From contig CAIKAN010000028.1 of the NCBI GenBank assembly GCA_903825415.1, forward strand, positions 3,474-67,473: a stretch of DNA of 64,000 nt, read 5' to 3'. Shown in pieces: positions 7,701 through 16,356 of the stretch. Source of the stretch: an uncultured bacterium. Lineage in GTDB: Bacteria > Patescibacteriota > Minisyncoccia > Phycocordibacterales > PALSA-1337. A program made the position numbers and the translations under genes. The notes beneath the pieces are model-generated. The model was not told the origin of the DNA, searched no databases, and saw nothing but the letters and a program-made list of their open reading frames with translations. Positions within the stretch are counted from its first letter, which is position 1. Every line of letters starts with the position of its first letter.

Positions 7701-10700
7701 AGCGGTCAAGCGACGCTCGATCAGAATGGTCAGACGACGATCAAGCCGACGGGCTCAGTCTTCTCAGGCACCGGCCAAGACCAGAGCAAGATCGTAGTGA
7801 TCGATTCGACGGTCAAGAATCAAGAAGGGAGGAGCATATCGGCGCAGAAATCATTCATCATGCATGCCGCACCGATATATATCGGAAGCAAGATCGTAGA
7901 GCCATTCATCGGCAAAGGAGAAGCGATCTCGCTCAAATTGAAGACTGTCGATACCGCTGCTAACCCAAGATCGCTCGGAGTCAAGGTCAATCTGTATCAC
8001 GTCTATTGGACGAGCACCAAGAACGGCAATGGCAATATGATCTGGGATCAAAAGCGCGATCTAGTCAAAGCCATTGACGCCAGCACGGATTCCAATGGCG
8101 ATGGCAGCCTTGCTCTGCCGCAAGTCGATGAAGGAGAATATGCCGTCGATGTCACCTCAGGGCAGGATGGCGCGGCAGTCGGCAGCCGATCTTGGTTCTA
8201 TGTCTATGGAGACCAGAATGTCTCTGTGAGGGGCAGCGACGATACATCGCTTGAAATGGTCTTGAATGATACCACGGTCAAGAGTGGCACTACGGCAGAA
8301 GTCCTGATCAAAATGCCGGAGGGGAAAGGCAAGGCGCTAGTGACGATCGAGCGAGGCAGCATCTATAGTTACAAGATCATAGATCTTACTGGGTCACTGA
8401 CTCGTTTTCAATTTCCCGTTGAGCAGAGATATTATCCCAATGTCTATGTGAGCGTCGTAGCCTATGCTCCGAACAGGGCAGTGCGCTTCGGCAGTCAGAA
8501 TATAAAGGTAGATAGCGATCAAAAGAAGCTCGATCTGACCATCTCTCCCGATAAGCAGCAATATAGCCCTGGCGATAAGGTGACATTGAATATCCGCTCT
8601 ACTGATTCCAGCGGCAAGCCTGTCATCGCTGATGTCTCATTAGCCGTTGTCGAGATGAATGTGCTCGCGCTTCGAGGCAATCCTCACAAGGACCCGCTCC
8701 AATATTTTTACGGGAATATCCCGCTCACAATTGGAACAGCGTCGAATTACAAGAGCTTGCTCAAGGATATACCTTGGCAAAGCAGTGACGGCAAGGGAGG
8801 GGGAGGTGGAGACCTAGACAAGCAGAAGAGCCGCGGCAATTTCAAGGAAGTGGCCTATTGGAATGCTGATATCATGACGGATCAAGGCGGCAATGCTGTC
8901 CTCTCATTCGTTTTGCCGGACAATCTGACGACTTGGCAAGCAGAGGCAGTCGGCATCACACAGGATACGAGCCTCGGAGTGGCTTATAAGGAATTCATCT
9001 CGAGCAAAGAGCTGATGATCGTTCCTCTCGAGCCGCGATTCGTATTGCCTGGCGATAAGTTCTCTCTGGGGGCGACTATCTTCAATAATAGCCGAAATGA
9101 TTTCAAGGGGAGCGTCGCTTTGACGGTCCCATCTACACTAGATTCTTCAAAAGCCTCTCTGAAGAGCGACATGAGCTTGAAGGCGGGGGAATCAAAAGAT
9201 GTATATTTTGATCTGTCTGTGCCTGAAACAGCTCAGCCTGGAGATATCCCTTATACTATCGAGGCCTCTGGATCAGGCTTATCGGATTCGGTCGTGGACA
9301 CGATCAAAGTCAATCCGAGCAGCGCATACGAGGTGACTGCGACGGCCGGTCAAACCGATTCTTCCGCCAGCGAATCAATATATGTTCCTACTACCATAAT
9401 CCCGAATATGGGCGAATTGTCTGTCAGAAGCTCGGCCACTCTAGCTATGTATCTGCCTCAGGCTTTGAATTATATGATCGATTATCCTTATGATTGCACT
9501 GAACAGATGGGGAGCCAGATCCAAGCGATAGCGCTCATGGATAAGGCACATCTGCTTTTCACCAACGGGACTTCTACTTATACAGGGAAGATCTTGTTCG
9601 ATGGAAAGGAACAAAAAGCTCAGGATATCATCCAGAGCCGATTGCAATCGATATATAACAGGCAGAGCTCCGATGGAGGATTCAGGCTCTGGTCCGAAAG
9701 CTATAGTTCGAGCTTATTCGCGACCGAGGAAGCTTTGAAGGCTTTTGACACCCTGAAGAGCGCTGGCTATAGCATCGATGAGACTGCTTGGGATAAGGGC
9801 GCAGATTATCTGTACAGTCAATATTCACATTCGAATATAGTATATTCAGACGAAGAGATCATTGCTTTTGCGGAAGCCCTATACACGAGGCCGCGATATG
9901 TCTCTGATCTATCCTTCGCGAAAGATTTCAATTCTGCCGTAGATCGTATCCTTAAAAATGAAACTGTCTCTACCGGCACCTTGCTCTCCATTAGCGGATT
10001 GTCGCATCGATACGGATTCTTGGCTTCGCAATCAAAAAAGATCGATCTCACGCTTGAGAACAGGGTGATAGTCGATTCTCGAGGCAGTTTCCTTGATGCT
10101 TCTAGTGGCGGCTATCGCTATGAGACTGCTATATCTAATACAGCTCGCTATATAGAATTGCTCTCCATGGAAAAGCAAAATCAGGCCGAATTGCCAAATC
10201 TATTGCGCTGGCTGACCCTGTCGCGCTCGAAAGACGGCTCATGGGACTCGACAGAGAATAATCTGGCTGTGATCAAGGGTTTCACCCAGTATCTCGATTG
10301 GCAGCCTGAGACATCTGCTGTCTTCATGGAAACCAATTCCTTGAATGGGGAGACGATCGATACCTTCTCTTATAAGCCTGAAAATATCCTGACCACGATC
10401 TCGAAGACTCTGCCTATGAGCCGATTGCAGTTCGGTGGCATGAATACGGTGGCCTTCGCCAGATCGGCCGATGGAGCCGCTTCAAAAGGCAAGATCTATT
10501 ACGACCTTAGCTTGAAGTATTATCTTCCGGCCGATACTATGGGACCGCGTGATGAGGGCTTTGCTATCTCGCATGGATTCTATGCTCTATCCGATACCAA
10601 AGGGCAGACCCCCATCAACCAAGCGCATGTTGGAGATGTTCTGCGGGAGCATATCGAATTCACCGTGCCGGTGACCAGGAATGATGTATCGATCGAAGAC

Positions 10701-11039
10701 TTCATCCCTGCAGGAATGGAGATAGTCGATACTAGTCTAGCGACTGAAGATAAGACCCTTTCTAACGACGTCGTTCGTTCGGCGTATGAAGATCAAGATA
10801 TTTCCAACAGTGAACAGGATGTGCAAGATTCGACATTCTGGCCAGACCATCAGGAGTGGAAGGATGATCGAGCTTTTCTCTATAAAGAGAGCCTTAGCCC
10901 AGGCACCTATTCATTCGATTATAAAGTGAGAGCGCTCGTTCCGGGCAAATATCTGCGCCTGCCAAGCCAGATCTCTGAATTATACACGCCTGAGAATTTC
11001 GGTCGCACAGGAGCAGGATCATTTACTATCGATAAATAG
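4725..11039 (+). CDS. alpha-2-macroglobulin family protein (YfhM-like) with Ig-like N-terminal domains
   Basis: 2104 aa; N-terminal anchor; LYTDKPIYRPG (MG2), LPDNLTTW, PRFVLPGD, thioester-type YPYDCTEQ, DFIPAGME, ELYTPENFGR. Confidence 0.93.
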   Translation: MNKTKLARVGIVVLVVVLCVAAYAVFHGLIGNPFHIPAKNYQAAYRLVPEKVSLSAAISVSLPTGTSMQNFDPTKQVMFDPKIEGRWIDGKVASIIPSAHAAEAEPVYYFQPNKTLALNKHYSVTLALSEGKTMQSDFLVVPDPAVISILPHDGEVVTDTKISIVFNRPMVPLSTIDEMSPTDPPVSISPNTAGRFKWISTNTLQFISDSGLIGSAKYTVSVKAGLKSLEGLDVKPFTASFTTRHLRFWTDPSSYSDSKATTAVRGYNQPFLIRFNQAVDLDRTKNSVTVNDGEKNIPFSVQEGKIDGPLDPSIMAIYPAGGDSGVWQLHRTYTVTVTHAYPASHGDISLDAPGTFYFSVDNIYSSLTVLSPRTSDASLDRFDPQGQLAMHFYEDIDLAKSKITGPAVNSVVYGEKCKDDVNTSKCTKVPDQSLLLVSFDADKLKTGDTTEVDLDSIASASGNSLSSTRTPISLSVYGPLAIFDVKSGDSLNTLTICSNNPLQTDSAKQKIDSTPVVKPLSWSHSYRSDVNHYGTISPCAVGQFITSVSGYLLPQAGYQGKIEAADVFGGSASKAFDFSTRDATDNDYELHNYQSTDIVAVPGKTKMTFAETFLPRITSTVCRLSPYDYYRVRQDYKLDARDYCQETVSKTIELPTDQPGRVFFGVDIADYFPDQIGNYAVLLSSPLLAVNRNNSWRYSTVSYISVTNLVVTQKSINPSLTAGYNGAILRGDQINKLQNMYWVIDARTQGPVAGASVKTYKDGSVVETATTNDQGLAYLVPIADPEMTVVSLGGDNAVMAGGATVLNYAESASNAQKTFLYTDKPIYRPGQEVDIKGLLRAGYDGYYEAPSATPMTLTVTDPSNAAVKQVQLTPNGFGSISTILDLDPSAKLGTYSACIKYQCAYFDVLDYAPAAFKVDMTTAKDEYNKGDDPAIQVSSNYYFGIPVSNVALNYHVSSQYYYFDKYTKEYLNFNNLSDDMGQGYYYGDRYISSGQATLDQNGQTTIKPTGSVFSGTGQDQSKIVVIDSTVKNQEGRSISAQKSFIMHAAPIYIGSKIVEPFIGKGEAISLKLKTVDTAANPRSLGVKVNLYHVYWTSTKNGNGNMIWDQKRDLVKAIDASTDSNGDGSLALPQVDEGEYAVDVTSGQDGAAVGSRSWFYVYGDQNVSVRGSDDTSLEMVLNDTTVKSGTTAEVLIKMPEGKGKALVTIERGSIYSYKIIDLTGSLTRFQFPVEQRYYPNVYVSVVAYAPNRAVRFGSQNIKVDSDQKKLDLTISPDKQQYSPGDKVTLNIRSTDSSGKPVIADVSLAVVEMNVLALRGNPHKDPLQYFYGNIPLTIGTASNYKSLLKDIPWQSSDGKGGGGGDLDKQKSRGNFKEVAYWNADIMTDQGGNAVLSFVLPDNLTTWQAEAVGITQDTSLGVAYKEFISSKELMIVPLEPRFVLPGDKFSLGATIFNNSRNDFKGSVALTVPSTLDSSKASLKSDMSLKAGESKDVYFDLSVPETAQPGDIPYTIEASGSGLSDSVVDTIKVNPSSAYEVTATAGQTDSSASESIYVPTTIIPNMGELSVRSSATLAMYLPQALNYMIDYPYDCTEQMGSQIQAIALMDKAHLLFTNGTSTYTGKILFDGKEQKAQDIIQSRLQSIYNRQSSDGGFRLWSESYSSSLFATEEALKAFDTLKSAGYSIDETAWDKGADYLYSQYSHSNIVYSDEEIIAFAEALYTRPRYVSDLSFAKDFNSAVDRILKNETVSTGTLLSISGLSHRYGFLASQSKKIDLTLENRVIVDSRGSFLDASSGGYRYETAISNTARYIELLSMEKQNQAELPNLLRWLTLSRSKDGSWDSTENNLAVIKGFTQYLDWQPETSAVFMETNSLNGETIDTFSYKPENILTTISKTLPMSRLQFGGMNTVAFARSADGAASKGKIYYDLSLKYYLPADTMGPRDEGFAISHGFYALSDTKGQTPINQAHVGDVLREHIEFTVPVTRNDVSIEDFIPAGMEIVDTSLATEDKTLSNDVVRSAYEDQDISNSEQDVQDSTFWPDHQEWKDDRAFLYKESLSPGTYSFDYKVRALVPGKYLRLPSQISELYTPENFGRTGAGSFTIDK

Positions 11040-12881
11040 GTCTCTGGCTTTCTCGATATCATCGCCGGATATCTCGTAGGCAGAGTTTGTCGTCCCTCCG
11101 ATCGGGCGGATCTTATCAAAAGCGAAAGGAGTCTTCTTGTTGTATGTAGAATGCGACATGAGCTCCATGACCTGACTCCAAATCTCGCCGGCGCCGCTCT
11201 GTCCGGACAATCTCTTTGTAGATTTGTTATCGGCATTGCCGACCCATACTCCTACCAAGAAATCTGGCGTGAATCCTATAACCCAACTATCATGATAATC
11301 GTCGGATGTCCCAGTTTTCAGCGCGTAATTATCTAGAGGAATATTCAGATCGCTCCTGTAGCCGAATTGATCCGTAGCGAGATGGCGGTCGGATAGGATC
11401 TTTGTCACTAGCTGGGTGTATTGTGGTTCTATGACTTGTCTTGAGCTTTGCGGAAAGAAGCTGGAATTCAAACTTTGATCGGAGAATAGATGCATTGAAT
11501 TCAGTTTTCCTTGATTGGGGAAGATGGTATAGAGATGAGCCAGATCCGGAAGGGTCATATCGATGGTACCGAGAGCGGCGCCTATGCCGAGAGCATGCAC
11601 TTTTTTCGTATCTGCATATCCAAGGGTGCTCAAAAAATCGGCAAAATGATCTACTCCTACAAAAGAGAGCGTCTTGACTGCGGGAATATTTATGCTGTTA
11701 TCTAGAGCATACGCTGCTGTGATCCTGCCGTGGAATTTCCCATCATAATTCCTAAGATAGAACGATTGGCCATCGTCAGTCTTGTACTCATACTCCTCGT
11801 CGTCGATCAGGGTATATGGCCTGGCTCCCATCTCAAAAGCTTTAGCATAGACTAGAGGCTTTATGGTCGAAGCGACTTGGCGCGGTTCTTGGAGCATGTT
11901 GATCTGTTGGCCATAGCTAATGCCTGTCGGGTCCGGGCTTCCGATGAAAGTCAGGATCTCATTCTCAGGCAGCTTCATGATCACGATAGCCATATTGTGC
12001 GCATCGCGATCTGATAGAGAGGGGACTATTGATCCGAGGATCTGCCGAACATTCGTGGTTAATTTTGAATCGATCGAGGTCTTGATCTCTTTGGGCATAT
12101 CTTTCATCGACTGGATATATGGCCTGAGCTCGAAGCTATCTTCCTTTTCTTGAAATGAAGACAGATTCTGTTTGACTGTATCTGGACTAGCGAAGCTCTG
12201 ATCTACTGTTTGTACGCCGAGCTGCTTTGCCAGGATTCTCGACTTGCGGATGTTGCTCTCGGATAAGGGATTATCGAAACTGGGATCGCTCAATGTTCCT
12301 AATAATTGGACTATCTCCTCTGTCGAGAGCTTCTCAGGAGATTTATTGAAATATGCCTTACTAGCCGTTTTCAGACCTTGAATATGATTGCCGAAATAGG
12401 CCGTATTGCAGTAGGCGAGGAGGATGGAGGATTTCGGCATATAGAGGTCATACATCATCGCATCCATTGTCTCAATCGCTTTATTAGAAATGGTTCGCCT
12501 AGTCTCGTTCCCAAGCAGCATCTTGGCGAGCTGCTGATCGATGGTGCTAGCGCTGCGGCGATTCCCGATCCCCATTTTAGTGAGGATGAGCTGTGTGGTC
12601 CCAATCGGATTCATGCCAGGATGAGAGTAGAAATGCTTGTCTTCTTTGCTCAGCAAAAGCTCAGCGAATCTTTGCGGTACGCTCGTCGCGAATATCGAAT
12701 AGTTGCCTCTGCTATTCGGCAAGATCCAGATCGGTTCGCCGCTCCTATCAACGACGACTGTCGACTGAATATCTTCATACGCTCTATTGAGCCCTCGGCT
12801 GATCATGGCGGTGAGGACTATGAGAATGAAAATGATGAGCAGGCTTGCTTTCAGTACGGTTTTTTTCAGGGAAATCTTCAT
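11019..12881 (-). CDS. pbpC: penicillin-binding protein 1C-like transglycosylase/transpeptidase
   Basis: EDKHFYSHPG and ASTIDQQLAK (GT51); STIK, SIN and KTGT motifs; adjacent to the A2M gene. Confidence 0.88.
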   Translation of the reverse strand: MKISLKKTVLKASLLIIFILIVLTAMISRGLNRAYEDIQSTVVVDRSGEPIWILPNSRGNYSIFATSVPQRFAELLLSKEDKHFYSHPGMNPIGTTQLILTKMGIGNRRSASTIDQQLAKMLLGNETRRTISNKAIETMDAMMYDLYMPKSSILLAYCNTAYFGNHIQGLKTASKAYFNKSPEKLSTEEIVQLLGTLSDPSFDNPLSESNIRKSRILAKQLGVQTVDQSFASPDTVKQNLSSFQEKEDSFELRPYIQSMKDMPKEIKTSIDSKLTTNVRQILGSIVPSLSDRDAHNMAIVIMKLPENEILTFIGSPDPTGISYGQQINMLQEPRQVASTIKPLVYAKAFEMGARPYTLIDDEEYEYKTDDGQSFYLRNYDGKFHGRITAAYALDNSINIPAVKTLSFVGVDHFADFLSTLGYADTKKVHALGIGAALGTIDMTLPDLAHLYTIFPNQGKLNSMHLFSDQSLNSSFFPQSSRQVIEPQYTQLVTKILSDRHLATDQFGYRSDLNIPLDNYALKTGTSDDYHDSWVIGFTPDFLVGVWVGNADNKSTKRLSGQSGAGEIWSQVMELMSHSTYNKKTPFAFDKIRPIGGTTNSAYEISGDDIEKARDLFIDSK

Positions 12882-13017
12882 GGCTTTGACGATAGCGGTT
12901 TAGAACGAGCGCGTAGAATATAGTGTACGTGCTCCTTGTGATTATTTCAATCTTTGCGGCTTAAATCCGTTCGAATAATGCTCACACGGCATGCTAGTAA
13001 GTGCTATACTGTCTCCC

Positions 13018-13830
13018 ATGAGTTTTTTCAAATTCAACAAAGAAATAAAGACGGAGGATTTGAAACTTTCAGATTACGATCAAATCTGGACAAAGTTTTG
13101 TTTTCTGGATGAGACAGGGAGTCTGAACAATCTAACAGACCCGTTTTTCAGCGTCGGCATCATTAAATTGAGTCAGCCGTATTATTTGATGAATAAGATC
13201 CTCTATGAGAGAAACAAGAGGAATTTTCATGATGAGATGCATTTCAACAAATTATCGAGGAAGAATATTGAATTTGCGAAGTTTGCGTTAGGAGCATTTT
13301 TTGATGCGAAAAGCACACATTTTTATTCATATTCTATCGATAAGGAAGGGGAATATTTCAAGAAAGAATTTGGCAACGATCCATGGCAGGCGTATGAGCA
13401 ATTGACGATGCGATTGATTGAAGCCGCGCTAGCGGAAAAAGAGATTCTTATCTTACTTGCTGATCATGTCACAACGCCGAAAGATGTTCGATTCGAAGTG
13501 AATGTAAAGAAGAATGTTAACAGTAAGCTGGGCAGATTGGCTTTGGCTGGGGTGTGTCGAATCAATTCGCGCTCTAATGATTTGTTACAGTTAGTTGACC
13601 TCATAATTGGAGCAATCAGTTATGACTTGAAAATCAAGACAGGTGCGATAGAGGGTAATAGTCGCTGTAAAAGAGAATTGCTCAATTGTCTGAAAAAGAA
13701 TCTAGGGACTGATACTCTTATAAATGGATTCAAAAATAGGAATTTCAATATATTTGTCGATAAGGATATGAAGCAAAGGTTGCCGTTGCCGCCAAATACT
13801 GAGGTAAATGAAAAAGAGCAATCATCCTAA
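13018..13830 (+). CDS. DUF3800 domain protein
   Basis: FLDETG N-terminal acidic motif, EMHFNK, and SRSNDLLQLVDLIIGAI C-terminal motif. Confidence 0.8.
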   Translation: MSFFKFNKEIKTEDLKLSDYDQIWTKFCFLDETGSLNNLTDPFFSVGIIKLSQPYYLMNKILYERNKRNFHDEMHFNKLSRKNIEFAKFALGAFFDAKSTHFYSYSIDKEGEYFKKEFGNDPWQAYEQLTMRLIEAALAEKEILILLADHVTTPKDVRFEVNVKKNVNSKLGRLALAGVCRINSRSNDLLQLVDLIIGAISYDLKIKTGAIEGNSRCKRELLNCLKKNLGTDTLINGFKNRNFNIFVDKDMKQRLPLPPNTEVNEKEQSS

Positions 13831-13955
13831 CGGTTGACGCCCTTTCTCGGTACATTTACTATACTAGCGTATGTAAGAAAAAGGTGCAAGAGAGAGGGTA
13901 ATCGGTTACTCTTCTATGATAGTATTCGTATATTACAGAATAACTATAAAACCCT

Positions 13956-14621
13956 ATGAAAAAGAACAAAGACGTACAGATCGAAGAAGAATGCATGTGC
14001 GCAGGCGATGATAGCTGTTCATGCGATGATCTGCTCTCATGCGGCTGCGCTCCATTGTCAGCGACTGATAGGATTATGGACATGAAGCTCAAGGCCTTCT
14101 ACAAAGGCGCCGAGAAGGAGATATCTCTTTCCGATTATCGTGGAAAATGGCTGATCCTCTTCTTCTATCCGGCCGATTTCACTTTCATCTGTCCCACCGA
14201 GCTCGAAGAGATGGCGGATATGTATCCAGAATTCCAGAAAGAGAAAGCTGAAGTCTTGAGCGTCAGCACTGATACGGTCTATACGCATAAGGCTTGGCAG
14301 GATGCTTCTCCGGCCATCAAGAAGATAAAATTCCCCATGATCGCTGATCGCGCAGGCGAGCTTTCTAGGATGATGGGCGTCTATATCGAGGAAGAGGGGA
14401 ATGCCCTGCGCGGCAGCTTCATCATCGACCCTGAAGGAGTGATCAGATCGGTGGAGATCAATGACAATAGCATCGGCAGGAATGCCAAGGAGCTCCTCCG
14501 GAAATTGCGCGCTGCGAAATTCGTCTATGAGCACAAGGACGCTGGTCTAGTTTGTCCAGCTAGCTGGAATCCTGGAGATGATACCTTGAAGCCGGGGATG
14601 GATCTGGTAGGGAAGATCTAA
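13956..14621 (+). CDS. ahpC: 2-Cys peroxiredoxin (AhpC)
   Basis: FFYPADFTFICPTE, IGRNAKELLR, VCPASW. Confidence 0.95.
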   Translation: MKKNKDVQIEEECMCAGDDSCSCDDLLSCGCAPLSATDRIMDMKLKAFYKGAEKEISLSDYRGKWLILFFYPADFTFICPTELEEMADMYPEFQKEKAEVLSVSTDTVYTHKAWQDASPAIKKIKFPMIADRAGELSRMMGVYIEEEGNALRGSFIIDPEGVIRSVEINDNSIGRNAKELLRKLRAAKFVYEHKDAGLVCPASWNPGDDTLKPGMDLVGKI

Positions 14622-14682
14622 TCAACCATTGTTTTGTAATGAGCTGATATCTTGTATTAAGAACATCCTGTATACTTAACCC

Positions 14683-15708
14683 ATGAATTTCCAACTCAAA
14701 AGATATCCCAGCAATAAGGACGCCAAGCCGATCTTGGTTCCGAGGCAAGATATCGACTGGGAAGTCAAAGCAGTCTTCAATCCTTCGGTCGTATATGACA
14801 AAGGGGTATTCAAGATGCTCTATCGGACTTATCCGGCGAGGCTGGGGTTGACGACTCCAAAGATGTTCTGCCCGGGATATTTCTTTCGGAATCAGACTTC
14901 CTACATCGGTTATGCGGAAAGCAAAGACGGCATCAATTTTGAGAGGAGGGATACTCCATTCATTTCGCCTGATACGGCATACGATGGATTCGGCTGTGAA
15001 GACCCGAGAATAACCAAGATAGGCGATACCTTCTATATCACCTATACAGCCATAGACGGCTCTCTCGAGCGCATTGAAAAAGGCCAGAGAAGCAAGACGA
15101 ATGTCCGGATCGCCATGGCTTCCACAAAAGATTTCATCACTTTAAAAAAGCATGGCATCATCGGCCCGCCGACATGGTCAAAGGCGGCGGCATTCTTCCC
15201 GGAGAAGGTTAAGGGAGGGAAGATCGGCTTGCTCATGACGATCGGTTCTGATACAGCCAACTCGCAGGTGATGGCAAGATATTATGACTCTATGGAAGAC
15301 GTGGTCTCCTCTTCTGTTGCTCAATGGGACGAATTATTAAAGAGCGGTAAGCCAACTCTGCGCACATATTCATGGCTTCATCGCGGGCCGGAATTAGGCG
15401 CAGCTCCGGTGAAGACAGACAGAGGGTGGCTGCTCATCTATTCCACAGAGTCCATGGGAAGTATTTGGACCGTCGGAGCCGCTCTCCTCGATATTGATAA
15501 CCCCGATATTTTGTTAGCGAAATCCGCCGGCAATATCTTGCAGCCGGCGACTCTCTATGAGAGGGATGGGCTAGTGCCCAATGTGACTTTTCCAGAAGGC
15601 GCAGTGATTGTGGAAGACGAGCTGTATGTATATTATGGTGCAGCTGATACAGTCATAGGCTTGGCGACTTGCAAGCTTGATGAGCTATTAGGTAGTCTCA
15701 AAAGCTAA
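14683..15708 (+). CDS. GH130-like glycosidase/phosphorylase
   Basis: AVFNPS, GCEDPRIT, VPNVTFPEG, YYGAAD. Confidence 0.88.
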   Translation: MNFQLKRYPSNKDAKPILVPRQDIDWEVKAVFNPSVVYDKGVFKMLYRTYPARLGLTTPKMFCPGYFFRNQTSYIGYAESKDGINFERRDTPFISPDTAYDGFGCEDPRITKIGDTFYITYTAIDGSLERIEKGQRSKTNVRIAMASTKDFITLKKHGIIGPPTWSKAAAFFPEKVKGGKIGLLMTIGSDTANSQVMARYYDSMEDVVSSSVAQWDELLKSGKPTLRTYSWLHRGPELGAAPVKTDRGWLLIYSTESMGSIWTVGAALLDIDNPDILLAKSAGNILQPATLYERDGLVPNVTFPEGAVIVEDELYVYYGAADTVIGLATCKLDELLGSLKS

Positions 15709-15753
15709 AAATAGCAAAAAATCAGTACAACACATGTTTACCCAAGTAAAGCA

Positions 15754-15781
15754 TTGACATTAAATTTAATAGTGCTAGTCT
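15754..15781 (+). promoter_or_regulatory. sigma70-like promoter of a non-coding unit
   Basis: TTGACA (15754-15759), 16 bp spacer, TGc-TAGTCT. Confidence 0.6.
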
Positions 15782-15789
15782 ACTCAACT

Positions 15790-15978
15790 AGACAGCTGGT
15801 GAGAAGATAGCGTCAGGCCGCAAGGCCACTTGAATAGGCCCCTCCCTATGAGGCGCTACAATACAATTAAGACGCTTGAAACTTCCAGTAGCGGTATGCT
15901 GGGACAATACCAGTAACTTAGCTTGGATGCACATCGGCTGTCTGTTCTTTCGCCTCCTCCCCCTGGGTGGAGGTTTTT
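15790..15978 (+). ncRNA. candidate structured ncRNA (unassigned) with terminator
   Basis: agacagctggtg (15790-15801) pairs with catcggctgtct (15932-15943); internal stems; terminator at 15953-15978. Confidence 0.55.
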
Positions 15979-16082
15979 TATTTGGAGATCATGTTTCGGA
16001 ACGGAATGAATGAGCCTGCATTTGGAAACTGCAGGGGTGATTTTTTGTATATGAAATGATTCGATTGTGATAGACTCCTAAT

Positions 16083-16322
16083 ATGAAGAAACACGATATC
16101 AAAATATATTCGACCCCTACTTGTCATTATTGCACTGAGGCAAAGAGCTATTTGAAAGAGAAAGGGATCGCTTTCACGGAGATAGATGTCGGCGCTAGAA
16201 AAGAGATGATCAAGGAGATGGTCGAAAAGAGCGGACAGATGGGAGTGCCGGTTATCGATATAGACGGCACTATCATAGTCGGATTCAGGCAGGATCTGAT
16301 CGATGCTTCTCTCGCAAAATGA
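16083..16322 (+). CDS. glutaredoxin/NrdH-like redoxin
   Basis: YSTPTCHYC, SGQMGVPVIDI. Confidence 0.92.
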   Translation: MKKHDIKIYSTPTCHYCTEAKSYLKEKGIAFTEIDVGARKEMIKEMVEKSGQMGVPVIDIDGTIIVGFRQDLIDASLAK

Positions 16323-16356
16323 ACCATCATCTCATGGATGCGCGATGGGAATGAGA

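Noticed and set aside
12306-12923. 205 aa plus-strand ORF
   Set aside because: Antisense shadow of pbpC with no recognisable motifs
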